Of a stretch of DNA of 64,000 nt, positions 52,400-63,671 are shown piece after piece (position 1 is the stretch's first letter; each line of letters starts with the position of its first letter). The DNA comes from Pseudogymnoascus verrucosus (Eukaryota): assembly GCA_001662655.1 (NCBI GenBank), contig KV460251.1, one strand, 5' to 3'. The notes beneath the pieces were generated by a model. It was not told the DNA's origin and searched no databases. It saw only the letters and a list, made by a program, of their open reading frames with translations. The position numbers were made by a program, and so were the translations under genes.

Positions 52400-54618
52400 C
52401 TACAGCTCTGAACCAGGAATTTCCCTATGTATAACTGATAGTCGAGCCTGTTCCTTTGCATTTCTGACTGATTTTGAAGTTTGTGGGAGCAGATCTAGGG
52501 TCCGAAGCAAGGTCGACTGGAGATTCTCTAAGGTACCGAGGTCCAGTTTGCCAGTTTCATAGTCTCGCTCAATCCCCAGCCACAGAAGTCGTACGGCTGC
52601 GACTACGTGATGGGGATAGGGATCAATTGCAACGAGTGGAACTGTGACAAAGCTGTCTTCCGTCTCCCCCTTTCGCTGAGGTATAACAAAATGATTGCTA
52701 AGCCCGAACACCAGGCAGTTCATAGTACTGCCTTCAGCTTCCGATCGTGTAATTATCAGCCGATCTAATATATCTGTCCGTCCTGCAGTTTCAATGGCGT
52801 CAATCATGATTAAAATGCACAGATGGTAATGTAACATCACTTCGTCTTCAGTTGGACAGCAAGAGTTAGTACAATTATCCTGTGACAGATGATCTTGATG
52901 CAAAGAGCTGTGTAGTAGGGAAGAACTCACACCAGCGAAGCTTTGTATGCTGAGAAAGAAACTGAATGCGTCTCTCGCAAGCTACCAGGAGGGGGCGATA
53001 GGTCATATTGAACTGCTTTATCGCATCGACAGCGCTCGTATATACACGGTGAACGGCATCTTCCTCGTGACCTTCTCGAAGGGCTTCCTTCAAAACAGCA
53101 GCCACCTTCCAAACACGTAGTTTCCATGCTGATGCGGCTGCGATGATTCGGTTGGCGTTTTCTTCTGTAACAATTACCCCACGAAGTCGCCAGTCCTCTG
53201 TCTGGTTGTGGAAAATATCTGTGCACGTCTTAACTAGGCGCCATGATGATTCTGACTCCCACCCCAGAAGCCCTGACGAAAGTAAAGATTTAGTGTTGAA
53301 GGTCAGTGAAGAAGAAGTATCATAAGTAAGCGCGGCCCAATAAATAATGCTCTCCATACTCATAAAATCAATCTGGAACTGATCCAGACTAGTCATAATT
53401 GCTACCCGGTCTGAAATTGGGCAGACCTTCGAGCCGTTGAACTCAAGGCTCCTTTGTCGGGCACGTAGGTGCTGTACATGTTGTAGAGCAGCTTGGACAC
53501 AGAACTGAGCTGGAATGCCGCTATCTTCCTCCTCTTCTGATATTCCTGCTGGTATCGGGACCATAGCAAAAAGAAACAGACACAGCATCGACCGATAGCA
53601 TGGCCGATTGATAATTTTTATCAGGTCCTTCCGTAGGCCTCGCCAGAGACTCTCGATCAGCTCAGTCTGTGCCGCCTTGTGCAATGGTGACTCAAACGTT
53701 AGAGGTAACCATCGAGCGGAAAATGTTTGAATTGCTTGATTCAGACAGTGATCAATTTGCTGCTCCTTCTTAACCTCGGCTTGAGTTGGGGCCTGGTCAC
53801 TAGCAACGTCATTCCCTTGAGCTTCTAAATCCTTCATCCATTGATCGAATTGCCTACAAAGAGAAGAAATACTAATGGACAATGCAAGCGGTGTCCGCTC
53901 GCTAGAACCATTTTCCAAGTGCCTATGCTCCCCAAAACTGACACGTCATTAGCCTTCCCTCAAAGGCGGAGATATCCTCCCTACTTACACAAATGGACAA
54001 CTATAATTCCCTAACCAGGAACCGAAGACCGCCTCAAAAACATCTTCATACATAGTATATAGCCAGTCCGCTATATCTGTGTTCACAGCTGGTGCGGGCG
54101 TAAATGGTGTAGGAGATCCGTACCAGTTGTCGTCGGAGGCATCTTCTTCCTCTCTAGGTCTCGTATTGTTAGCAAGGTTACGACTGCAATCATTAAGAGT
54201 CGATTAATTTACCTCTCAGAAGGAGACCCAAGCATAGAATTTTGTTGTCTAGGAATCAGGCTCCCTTCAACAACTTGGATAGGTGAAGAATCTGTTAGCG
54301 GTGATGGACGCTGATCCCTGCGATTAGAAATCAAAGTCCGATTATTTGACGAAACTGCGGCTCTCTCCATCCACTGAAGCTCAATTTGCACGTTAACATG
54401 TTGGTCAAAGTCGTCATTAGGGGGAAAGACAAAATGGAATTAACCCGCAGATGGTCTCCTACCTCAAAGCTACAACGTCGATTGCGGTTTGCGCACCTCG
54501 TGCATGCGGCCAGACCTGTGGCTGAACGTCCTCGTACTGCGTCACATGCCACACGAGATTTTCGACATGCATCGCAACTCGAAAATTGCTTGCGACGGTG
54601 AATCAGACCAGCATTCAT
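52400..54618 (-). CDS. AlcR-like Zn2Cys6 transcription factor
   Basis: RRKQFSSCDACRKSRVACD-(long loop)-CTRCANRNRRCSFEW and LYTMYEDVFEAVFGSWLGNYSCPF parallel the AlcR zinc cluster and its downstream conserved block; four introns splice in frame. Confidence 0.85.
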
Positions 54619-54894
54619 GACAATGGAGCTGGATGTATAGCAATAGTTGGTTTGGAAGGCAGTGCAAGTGTTTGGTCTTAATAGCAGCTTGGTTTGATCC
54701 GCAAACTGGACACAGAGGACTAACGTCGATGAGGGCGCCATCCAACCCCGCGTTCTAGCCTAATTGAGCAGAACCAAGGCAACAATCTTTCGGAATATTC
54801 TCATGTAACAATTATACGAACACTATAAATATGCCCTTTTCGCAGTAAACGAGCGCGGTGCATGTAGGAATACAGCAAGGCTATATTTAACAAA

Positions 54895-56086
54895 TCAAAG
54901 TCTATGCTTCTCGTCGAGAGTCCCTGTATAATTGTAAAAACCCCGTCCACTTTTTATTCCTAAATGACCGTTCTGGATCATTTTTTGGACATAATCTCGT
55001 GGCTCTGGAGGGATGCCGATCCGTGAGTCTGCATAATGATTTTCAATGTCTAGCACGACATCTAATCCAACAATATCCATGAGCTCACACGGCCCCTTTG
55101 GCGTCTTCAAGACATCTTTGAAAATGGCATCGATCTCTTGTGGCGATCCAACGCCCTCGGAGAGAGCGAGAAGAGTTTCACGTTTGATGGCGGCCCAAAT
55201 CCTAGACCATGGCGCAATTCAGCCTTTGGTCGCGATTGCAAGAATACATAGGGGCGTACCTGTTGTATATATAGCCTATGGAGCTTTGTTTAACATGGAA
55301 TGGTGAAAATCCATGAGCCTTACATTGCTCTAAGAGCAGAGCGATGAGTGAAGGATCTGTTTCGTTGTGGCCCATAATTTCAATTGCTAGCAAAGGAAGT
55401 TTAATGAAACAAGATCGTATAATGCAATATACAGCATAAATGCATACCTGTGGTCTCTGGCGGCCAGTCTAATAATTTCTCCTAATTAGCACTGCCCTTA
55501 GAATTATGTTAGAAAAGGCCACCTACAACAGTGTGCGCTTAATGCCCTCTTCTTATGACGCAAATTTACCCCATCCAAGATCTCTGAAATTCCGTAGCTG
55601 CTGGAATTAGATGCAATAATTGTGCCTTCAGGAGCAAGTTTATCAAGCTGAATGATTATTTTTCGCTTTAATGCCAAGTTCTCCGGCACACACTATTCCC
55701 AGTATATATTGTTAGGCATTTGCTCTCTCTCCTCCCAGAGCTAGGTCATACCTCAACAACTAACCATGAGTCTTTTAACCAGGACTCTAACGAGTTCGGT
55801 GTTGATGCCATGATCTCCCCCCAGTTTGAGTCATCGCTAGTTGATTTAGCACGAAGTTGCTGGATATACAGTAGAGCTTCTTGCTGTTTTCGTTCCTCTA
55901 GGTCGACTAAGTGAACAGGACTACCTCTGCTTGACCACTTTGAGGCATTCGCACGTTAGCGTCGGTGTACCAGCGAATTTATTACGGCGACACGCCCATA
56001 GTGCTTACCATGTAAGCCAGCCGCCGGCCCTGAGCACCGGCACCGATGACGACAACGGTCCGCGGAAGAGGTCTGGATACTTCCAT
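54895..56086 (-). CDS. 3-hydroxyacyl-CoA (3-hydroxybutyryl-CoA type) dehydrogenase
   Basis: VVVIGAGAQGRRLA, VVECVPENLALK, IIASNSSS, AHCYWPP, GYIYNRIWAAIKRE, GPCELMDIVGLD and LGIKSGRGFY; six exons including the 21-nt exon 55468-55448. Confidence 0.92.
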
Positions 56087-56311
56087 TAATATAGTCTCGT
56101 GTGGAGTCAATGATATGATGTCGTTTTAAAGGCGGTGCCCATAAGGTTGATCAGGCCTGACGCCGTGTTTTATACTATCGAGTCTCTGGCGAGGTCAATA
56201 GAATGGTAGTGTCAAGTTCTTAGTTTGTAGGCCTAAATACAAAATAGCCAACCTTACGCTAGTTGAGATCGAACCTCTAGCTTAATGATAGTAGAAATAG
56301 TGGCTCCCCCT

Positions 56312-56532
56312 GCATCCTCGGATCCGTCCTTTCAGGCGGCTCTCTTGGCACTATAGGAGTGTTTACGAGGGAGATACAGGACTGATCCGTAACACTCACA
56401 TGTTTACTTGCGGAACTAACAAGGCGCATGGCGGCGGCTTACTCTTGTCTCACTCATAAGTTGACACTACTCTCTAATGCTAGGTAGCTTGGCTGATCGG
56501 CTAAACAAATCGGATCCGATGAATCGGATCCG
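56312..56532. promoter_or_regulatory. Cluster of CGG-N2-CCG palindromes upstream of the dehydrogenase gene
   Basis: CGGATCCG at 56319, 56511 (inside the 12-bp palindrome ATCGGATCCGAT) and 56525. Confidence 0.7.
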
Positions 56533-57044
56533 CCCCAAGTCCAAAAACCCACCAAGTTTAAGAGTTGCATCTCTTGTTACTAAAAAGCTCTCTAGGCTCT
56601 CTAACTTTAATTCCGGAAGCCGTTGCCTAATTTGCAAAGGGGGGCAGAGGTTTTATACACCAACTTGCTCTTTTAAAGTTAGAGAGCTAGATCCTCCGAG
56701 GGTAGATGGATGCTCTTACTGTTTCCCCCCCTGGAATGATTGTAGCCAGGATGTTTTCTTGCAATGGTGGAGCATGGACACAGGCTACCGATCTTGAAGG
56801 CGAGGTCAATGGGCTCTTGACGTATGATTGTAGAATCCTTAGGACGGACGTCAAGTAGTGGAAGACGGATATTCAGAATCTGTATGACGCTGCTGAAGCC
56901 CGAGGCACCACTGGAGGCACAGATTTTTGGGCCTAAAGATAGTTACACTGCGCCATATGGCTTAATAATCTCAGTGTATTCGTTCGAACCTGAAAATATA
57001 TGTATGGTTTCGAGGATCACGACTACTTGGTATCTTGTTGGCAT

Positions 57045-57245
57045 TGGTGACCACCCACAGTGACGGAAAGCGAGAAGCCGTGTTGTGCATAGTTCTAAAA
57101 ACAGTCTTTTGTGCAAACGAGAAACTAGGCTTAGTAAGCAGAGAATGGCAAAACCCGACTCCGAAGCCAGACATCAACTTTTAGGTTACTAGCTCTAGAA
57201 AAACTGACAAAAAGCAGCGCTGGTTCTTAGTCCCCATTATACATT
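57045..57245 (+). repeat. Dispersed non-coding repeat, copy C
   Basis: TGACCACCCACAGT is shared with 48928-48941; about 86% identity with copy B over 113 nt; GCCGTGTTGT...TTCTAAAAACAGT is shared with copy A. Confidence 0.85.
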
Positions 57246-57669
57246 TCCCGTCAACAATTCTTTGATGTTCTAACGGTCATTTGGACCATCCACAATCTTG
57301 GTGCATCCGGGTTCGTGTTTCCTAGATGCTGCTTTTGGGGTTTGTGATTTCGGGTCCCAAAATCGGAGTATTATTTCCCGCTTGCTACAAATAGTGCCTT
57401 ACTTTATACTATTGCTGTTTCCCAAATTCACGAAACTGTTTCCTGAATCTAAAATGTAAATTTAACAATCCTTTCCCCTATTTTTTAATGCACCCTTAGC
57501 TAGTGTATAGTAGTGTAACGCTGCGTCCAAACATATAGACACGCAAAGGTGTGAAATGTTAGCTAAATAAGGCAGGGATCAGACACAAATGCTTCAAGTA
57601 AGACGTTACAGTATATGACACATACTATATTGAGTTGAGCAGAAAGCTTCTATCTGCTGAAAAATAATA

Positions 57670-57889
57670 TCTACTTATATAGAGGCGTTGTGCTAAAGAG
57701 AACTGCGAGGAACTGTTAGAACTACAACAGTTCCCACAGATCCTACAGATCTACCACATTTGTGCTAATAAGAGGTACCACACTTAATAAGGTGCTTCTC
57801 TGTACAAATGTCTTTCAAAGTAGCACTTCTTGTTTAGGGATGTCTTTCTCGAGCGGTACCGTTCCGGAGCGGCACCCCTTTTATGCTAG
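57670..57889 (+). mobile_element. Candidate non-autonomous Helitron (~220 bp)
   Basis: Starts A|TCTACTTATATA; GC-rich imperfect palindrome GGTACCGTTCCGGAGCGGCACC (57855-57876) lies 9 nt before CTAG (57886-57889). The next base is C, not the canonical T. Confidence 0.5.
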
Positions 57890-57982
57890 CTACCTATAGA
57901 CTTATTAACCCCTAAAACCTGCTGCTACAACCGCAGTCAAGCAAAGTGCTTTGAGCAGAGGTGCTGTAACAATCTAGTGCTT

Positions 57983-59839
57983 CTATCCTATTTTAATTGT
58001 CTGGATAAGTGCGGAACCCTCTAATGCTTCACCATCCATAATCCCGTGCACATATGCGTCCCCAATAAGCTGCAGCATATTACCCTGGGGTTGTTGCCGA
58101 AAGATGTATGGGACATCGGCGTTGGAAATGACAAAGACAGAGTCTCCAGGTTTTGTCTCGGAAGGTACAATGCCAATATAGCCACCAGATGCAAGCATCG
58201 GTCGCCGGCCACGAGCAATCTCTTGAAGCTGCTGGTTATAGTCACCCAAACCTGCTTCCGTGAAAGTTTGTGAGTCTAAGTGGCCCAGATCTCTATTTGT
58301 CAAGAACTCATGCACTTTACGAATCGTGCTTTCCGAAAGTCGAGGTTTCTCTGTCCCGTGCCATATCTCTTGGTCTGCAACGGCGGTACGCCAGGTAACT
58401 TGCGCTTGCTTAGAACCTTCAACTGCTCTAGATGATAGTTGCGATAGGTTGTTCAAATCACACAACCACCTGGTTACACCTTCATGTTCCCAAATCGCGC
58501 CGACTGATTGCACTTCACCTACGAAAGTCCCAGAAAGAGACAACGTCTTATTATCACCTTCGTTGCAGCCTGAAGCTTGGCCTATTATGAAATTATGGGT
58601 ACCTGATGCTGAGAAACGAGGTTGCAGGAGAGTTGTAGGGTAATTTGTGTCTCTATTAAGCGTACGTCGTTGTAGAGGACAACGGTAAGTCTCGCGTGAC
58701 CAGTCAGGAACCCACGATGGAAGCTCAGGTATCCTCTGTAGGGACTCGCAAAGAGAGAGAATTTCGATGTATCCGGCCTGAAAAAGGGTGTGCGCAGTAT
58801 TGATATAAACTTCAGCACACGACTTGCTATAGTTGGGACGAAGATTGAGCACTTGTCTGTCTTCAGCGATGCCCACTAATGCAAAGACTTTGTCCCGAGG
58901 ATCGGTTGCTTTATCTTGTCGAAGACTTCGCAGAAGACGAATGAGCGGCACTGGTCTAGCTGCTCTTCTAACTTTAAGCAGTTCAATTGCGTTCCGTGTA
59001 TCAATTGAAATAATAGACTCGTCATATGGCCTAAGTTGTGCATCGTGACTTGATGTTAGGAGCCGATAATGTCTAAAGTTTCTCAACACCCTCAAGCCGT
59101 AGTGAAGTTCATTCTCTGTGACAATTTTCTCGCCACATACGAACAATGTCTTTGCTGTAGTGCTCAGCTCTTGAACCACCCATATGCGGCCCCAGTAGTC
59201 GCGTTTGAAGAAGTCAGATAGCGCAGAAATGACCTTACTATATTGCGGATGTGTTGGCGACAGTTGGGCCTTCAGATCCTTGATAAATTGCTTGACGGCC
59301 CCCTCACTGCTCGAGAAGTCTTTCTCGTCTGCTTGGCAGAGATAGCGGAGTCGCAGATTAGGCTTCGTCCCAATGCCTAGTTCAACAGAACGTGCCCCAA
59401 ACTCTGCGATCCATGCCATGGCGATGTCACTATACCCTGCGGCTGGACCTAACCAAGCCAGAACTGAAGCAGCTCGCGAATATATCTCGTGCATTTGTCC
59501 CACTTGCTCACTCTTCTCTAACTCATCACTTTGATTGATACACAGAGCATCTACCCACAGAGTAATCGTTTTGTCTGGTAGCCTTACATGCCGAAGTGCG
59601 TTTTCAAGGTTCTCTGTAACCATTAAAATCGCCCCGTTAACGTAAATTGAACTTCTCGGAGTTGTATCTCCCCAGTTATACGAAAGTGCGATATACGGGG
59701 GGGGATTGTCGAGTGAGACATGAGAAACGTTACAGAAGACATGGTTGATTGAGGAGATATAAGGCTTTCCAGGTAAAACATGAACAACACGGATTGTCTT
59801 CTTATCTGGAGTCAGTGACCGGTATATGAAGCAGGACAT
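57983..59839 (-). CDS. HET-domain (HET-6-like) heterokaryon incompatibility protein
   Basis: YIALSYNWG, LWVDALCINQSDELEKSEQVGQMHEIYSRA, YWGRIWVVQE, ATDPRDKVFAL, LPSWVPDWS and LIGDAYVHGIMDGE; 618 aa, intronless. Confidence 0.95.
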   Translation of the reverse strand: MSCFIYRSLTPDKKTIRVVHVLPGKPYISSINHVFCNVSHVSLDNPPPYIALSYNWGDTTPRSSIYVNGAILMVTENLENALRHVRLPDKTITLWVDALCINQSDELEKSEQVGQMHEIYSRAASVLAWLGPAAGYSDIAMAWIAEFGARSVELGIGTKPNLRLRYLCQADEKDFSSSEGAVKQFIKDLKAQLSPTHPQYSKVISALSDFFKRDYWGRIWVVQELSTTAKTLFVCGEKIVTENELHYGLRVLRNFRHYRLLTSSHDAQLRPYDESIISIDTRNAIELLKVRRAARPVPLIRLLRSLRQDKATDPRDKVFALVGIAEDRQVLNLRPNYSKSCAEVYINTAHTLFQAGYIEILSLCESLQRIPELPSWVPDWSRETYRCPLQRRTLNRDTNYPTTLLQPRFSASGTHNFIIGQASGCNEGDNKTLSLSGTFVGEVQSVGAIWEHEGVTRWLCDLNNLSQLSSRAVEGSKQAQVTWRTAVADQEIWHGTEKPRLSESTIRKVHEFLTNRDLGHLDSQTFTEAGLGDYNQQLQEIARGRRPMLASGGYIGIVPSETKPGDSVFVISNADVPYIFRQQPQGNMLQLIGDAYVHGIMDGEALEGSALIQTIKIG

Positions 59840-60109
59840 AATTAGTATAGGCAGAATTCTACTGAAGGAGTTGGCTGATTGCTAAGGTTTCTGAACGAAA
59901 TTTAGGTGCGCTTTATAAGAGGCAAAGGCCGAACCTGCCTAAATGCAAACGGACTGGTGGAGGCTGGTTAAACGTATAGGAGAAGCGCATTTTGGTTACA
60001 GTAGAACAGTGAAACAGGGACCTGTTCTCCGCTGTCCCGCTCTGTGGCGTAAGCTCCGAACTTACCTCTTGCACGTTCGGTGCATATACAAGAAACAGAT
60101 TTCATGCAG

Positions 60110-60235
60110 CTTCTAAGGCAGACATCAGAATCAGCCAACTATCTCTCGTTTGTACGCCCTCGAGACCTTGCTCATTTTCAAGTGCAGGGACCCTGGCCAG
60201 TTACAAAGAACGGGAAATAAGGGCGGCGTTGACTT
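60110..60235 (+). repeat. Dispersed non-coding repeat, copy D (middle segment only)
   Basis: GACATCAGAATCAGCCAACTATCTCTCGT...TGCTCATT...AGTGCAGGG...ACGGGAAATAAG aligns with 44929-45028. Confidence 0.6.
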
Positions 60236-60719
60236 TCCCCGTTTACCACAAATGGTGCCTAAATAACGACATCAAATTTCCCAACCGCATTTTCCAGGAA
60301 TCAGAGTAGTTGAAGCTTTTGAAGCTTTTGAGCACCTTTGAGAGCTATCTTCCCAGACTCCTCTCAACCTTCTGCAGAGGTCATCATTATCTCTCGTGCC
60401 TCGAGTCATAAAGTGACAGGGATGGTACGACTAGATAAATACCCAACCATTTCTACAAGGCAGACATACAAGTAATGCAAGGCGAACCGAGGCGCAATTC
60501 ATGCAGAATTGTTTGGCCATGATTCGCCCTCGCCATTTTCAAAGAGCCTTGCGCTAAACCGGTAACTTTATAACACACTTATTAAGTTATTTCACAGTGG
60601 CGTGATGATAGATTCCTTAAATGCGTAGCTGCCCAACTTTACACCTTTAAATGACTTCCCAGCCCTCATTACGATAATTAATAACAGATAAACAACAAGA
60701 TACCTACAATTGGGCTCTG

Positions 60720-62820
60720 ATGGCTGAGGTTGTAGGCATATTGGGAAGTGGTGCTGGAATCGCTAGCCTTGGATGCCAAATCTTTAAAAGCATTTACAAA
60801 TTGCAGCAGGTTTTAACAGACATTCGGAATGCTCCACAGGAACTAAAAACTATTTTAGAGGAGATTGCTCTGGTTACAACTATCCTTATCCAGATTTCGG
60901 AACGTCCACACCTTTACACTATTGGCCGAAGCCAGAGTGTGGCTAGAGACCAGGCTGTCATTTACTGTGAAACAGCGTGTAGGCAATTATTTACCGTCGT
61001 CTCTGAGATAGAAAACGAGATAGGAGAATCGAAATGTCGCTCCCGGTGGCACTGCTTCCTAACAGTACTAAAAGCAAAAAAGATTACAGACCTTGTTAAT
61101 AGGCTAGAGAGAGCAAAATCAATTCTTGCACTTGCACAGCTCATGTATCTCCAGTAAGGCGCTTACTTCTCTTGACAATTATTGTAAGCTAACAACAACA
61201 AATAGATCCTTTGAGATTGAGAGGCTAAACCAGAAAACAAAGATCTCATCGATTTCTACCGCAGAAAATCCTGAACCCCGCATGTCAACCACGCCTATAC
61301 GCCAAAATGAAAATGGCCATATCAGTGCCCCTTATAACCAGACAACTTTTCAACTAGGGATTGGCGTACTTGTGGTGCGCCAGGTGCCAAATGGCAGTGG
61401 AAAAACTCGCACTTCTCTAGAAGAAACCATAATTCAGTTTCGATTTGCAGACTGGTTCCTACGATGGGCAATTAGTATCGCGATTTGCCCAGAAATCGAG
61501 AACGTAAAAATAACGATAAGAACCTACCACCTCGTTCCTAGTAGCTCAGCCATATTTCAGGCCTGTGCCTTGGGCGACGACCAGACAGTGGCCCGGCTCA
61601 TCCGAGAAGGTAGAGCTTCTGCATTTGATATGACTAGCAACGGGGTAACTCCTCTGCATGTAAGAAAGTCCAAACTCGCTATCCGCTATGAGTCCAGTCC
61701 TCTTGTGCTCAATTATGGTTATTGTCCAACCTATCTGACGTGTCGGTTTAGGTGGCCGCCGCTTGGCACCATCCTAGTACGTGCAAGCAGCTTTTGGAAC
61801 ATGGCGCAAATAGTTCGTTGTTGATGCAATATAGTACAATCTCGTGGTTAGTGACTTATCAACTCAGTCAACAAACAAATATCCTACTAACAGTATTTTC
61901 CAAGGAACGCCCTAGGCTTGGCCTCCGAATACGCCGGTTACTACCGTTGTTTCTTGTTTCCAGGACTGGAGGAACATCGCCCTGGGCCCAAAGAAGACCT
62001 TAGTCAAAAGCGCGAGACGATGCGTATACTGACTGATCACAATAGTTGCGAAGTGCATCAAGGTTATAGGCCAGGCCATACCGGCTATTGGAATGGGTCT
62101 ACGTCCGCTCTGCACATGTTTCGAGGCACTTCTGACGACTTCTTGTGGTTATACAAGCGTGAAAATGTGTTAATGGACGTTAAAGACTCAGAGGATTATA
62201 TTGCGTCCATTGTCATTCAACAGACTCAGATGTTTCCAAATGCCTCTTTTCCAGCAGCTTTCAGCCTAGTGTCGAGTATGGAACATTTGGCAAAGTACAG
62301 AGACTCTTCTGGATCAACCCTATTGCACCATCTTCTTAACACAAGTTCTGACATAAAACCTGGTTTTTGGATGAATGGAATCGATACTTTTGATATAGCA
62401 AGGACACTACTTGAACATGGTGCAGACCCAACATCTCGCAATGACCAAGGCTACACTCCATTAATGGGTGCCGCAAGGGATAGCCTACTCTACTTACATA
62501 GTAAGGCTTTATTCTGGACGGCTGAATCAGCTGCTAAGATGTACTCTGGATATTTAACTCGTTGGATAAAGACGCTAGAGTCTTGCCTTGTTGACGCCCG
62601 TGAGTACCGCTCTCGAGAAATTGAATTAGGCGCAGAGAGCTTTGTGCTATGCCGGCAGTTTCAGCACTCCAACGACGGACTTAGCGGGACAGGACAATGG
62701 TCCGTAAGACTTGTGTTTGGGCTGGATGATATTCACCATGGCCTTCAAATTAAATTCCAGTTCCAATCTGAAGAGAAGAACGAGAGAATGCCTGGATCTT
62801 GGCCCAAAGAAATAATATAA
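60720..62820 (+). CDS. Fungal STAND-type N-terminal (HeLo-like/SesA-like) domain plus ankyrin-repeat protein
   Basis: MAEVVGILGSGAGIASL...IRNAPQELKTILEEI N-terminus; ankyrin motifs GVTPLHVAA...LLEHGAN, GSTLLH and LLEHGADPTSRNDQGYTPLMGAA; introns 61154-61205, 61660-61751, 61847-61904. Confidence 0.8.
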
Positions 62821-62870
62821 CATTAATCGCCAAACATTGACGCGCTCTTGGCGGCGCAGAGCTTGGGAAT

Positions 62871-62895
62871 GGGGATGGGATGGGGATGGGATGGG
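62871..62895. repeat. (GGGAT/GGGGAT)n simple repeat
   Basis: Seen directly, downstream of the ankyrin gene. Confidence 0.75.
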
Positions 62896-63671
62896 GAAGG
62901 GGGGTTCTCATGATTCTCTAACTGCTGACTGTATGTGATGGGATGGATTGATGCGGTATGGTAACATGCGATGGCATTGGATGGGATGGATTTCTATAAT
63001 AGCGAATAGATGCCTGTCTGTAGTAATGTCGCTAGCCTGGAATTATTGCGCCCTCCCATTCTTGCAAATATCAAGAGAGAGGCTTGTGTCGTACTCATAG
63101 CAAAAGAAGTCATAGGCAAAGCAATAAAAAACATTCAACAGTGTACATTCGCTTATAGTCAATATGGTCAGATTCTGTACTAATTACAGCTTGTAATAGA
63201 GATGTCTTAAACACTGAAGTAAATTCACCGAAGGACAATCTGGTCTCTTATGCCTTAAGACAGACCTAAAAGTGATGCGAACTTATACATGAACTAGATC
63301 CCTACGTTTTGAGTCGATATGCACTGTTAGTATACAACTGCTTTGATCTCCCTATAAATTCACGCTTAAATAAGGCAGATGAATAGGTTATGGGAGTTGC
63401 GAAATCTTATTAAACGAGATGACTTCTGAGGAGGATGACACAGCTCTAGGGTTCTGCAACTTGTAGCCTGTCTTCAGAGATGTAACGATAAAACTACTCT
63501 ACTCTATATACTAGGTTCGCTTAACGACTGTGCATCAGACATATGATCTGCGTCCTCAATCCCAACAAGTGGCGTCACATATGATGTTAGCTACTACTAG
63601 TATAAAACCAACTGCAGAGTCTTTCACCTCTCAAATAACCGCACCTTTTATGTATCTGACAAGTTTCTGAT

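Noticed and set aside
44700..60235. Repeat family as a CRISPR array, LTR pair or TIR transposon
   Set aside because: Eukaryotic context, irregular kb-scale spacing, no TG..CA ends, TIRs, target-site duplications or transposase recognised.
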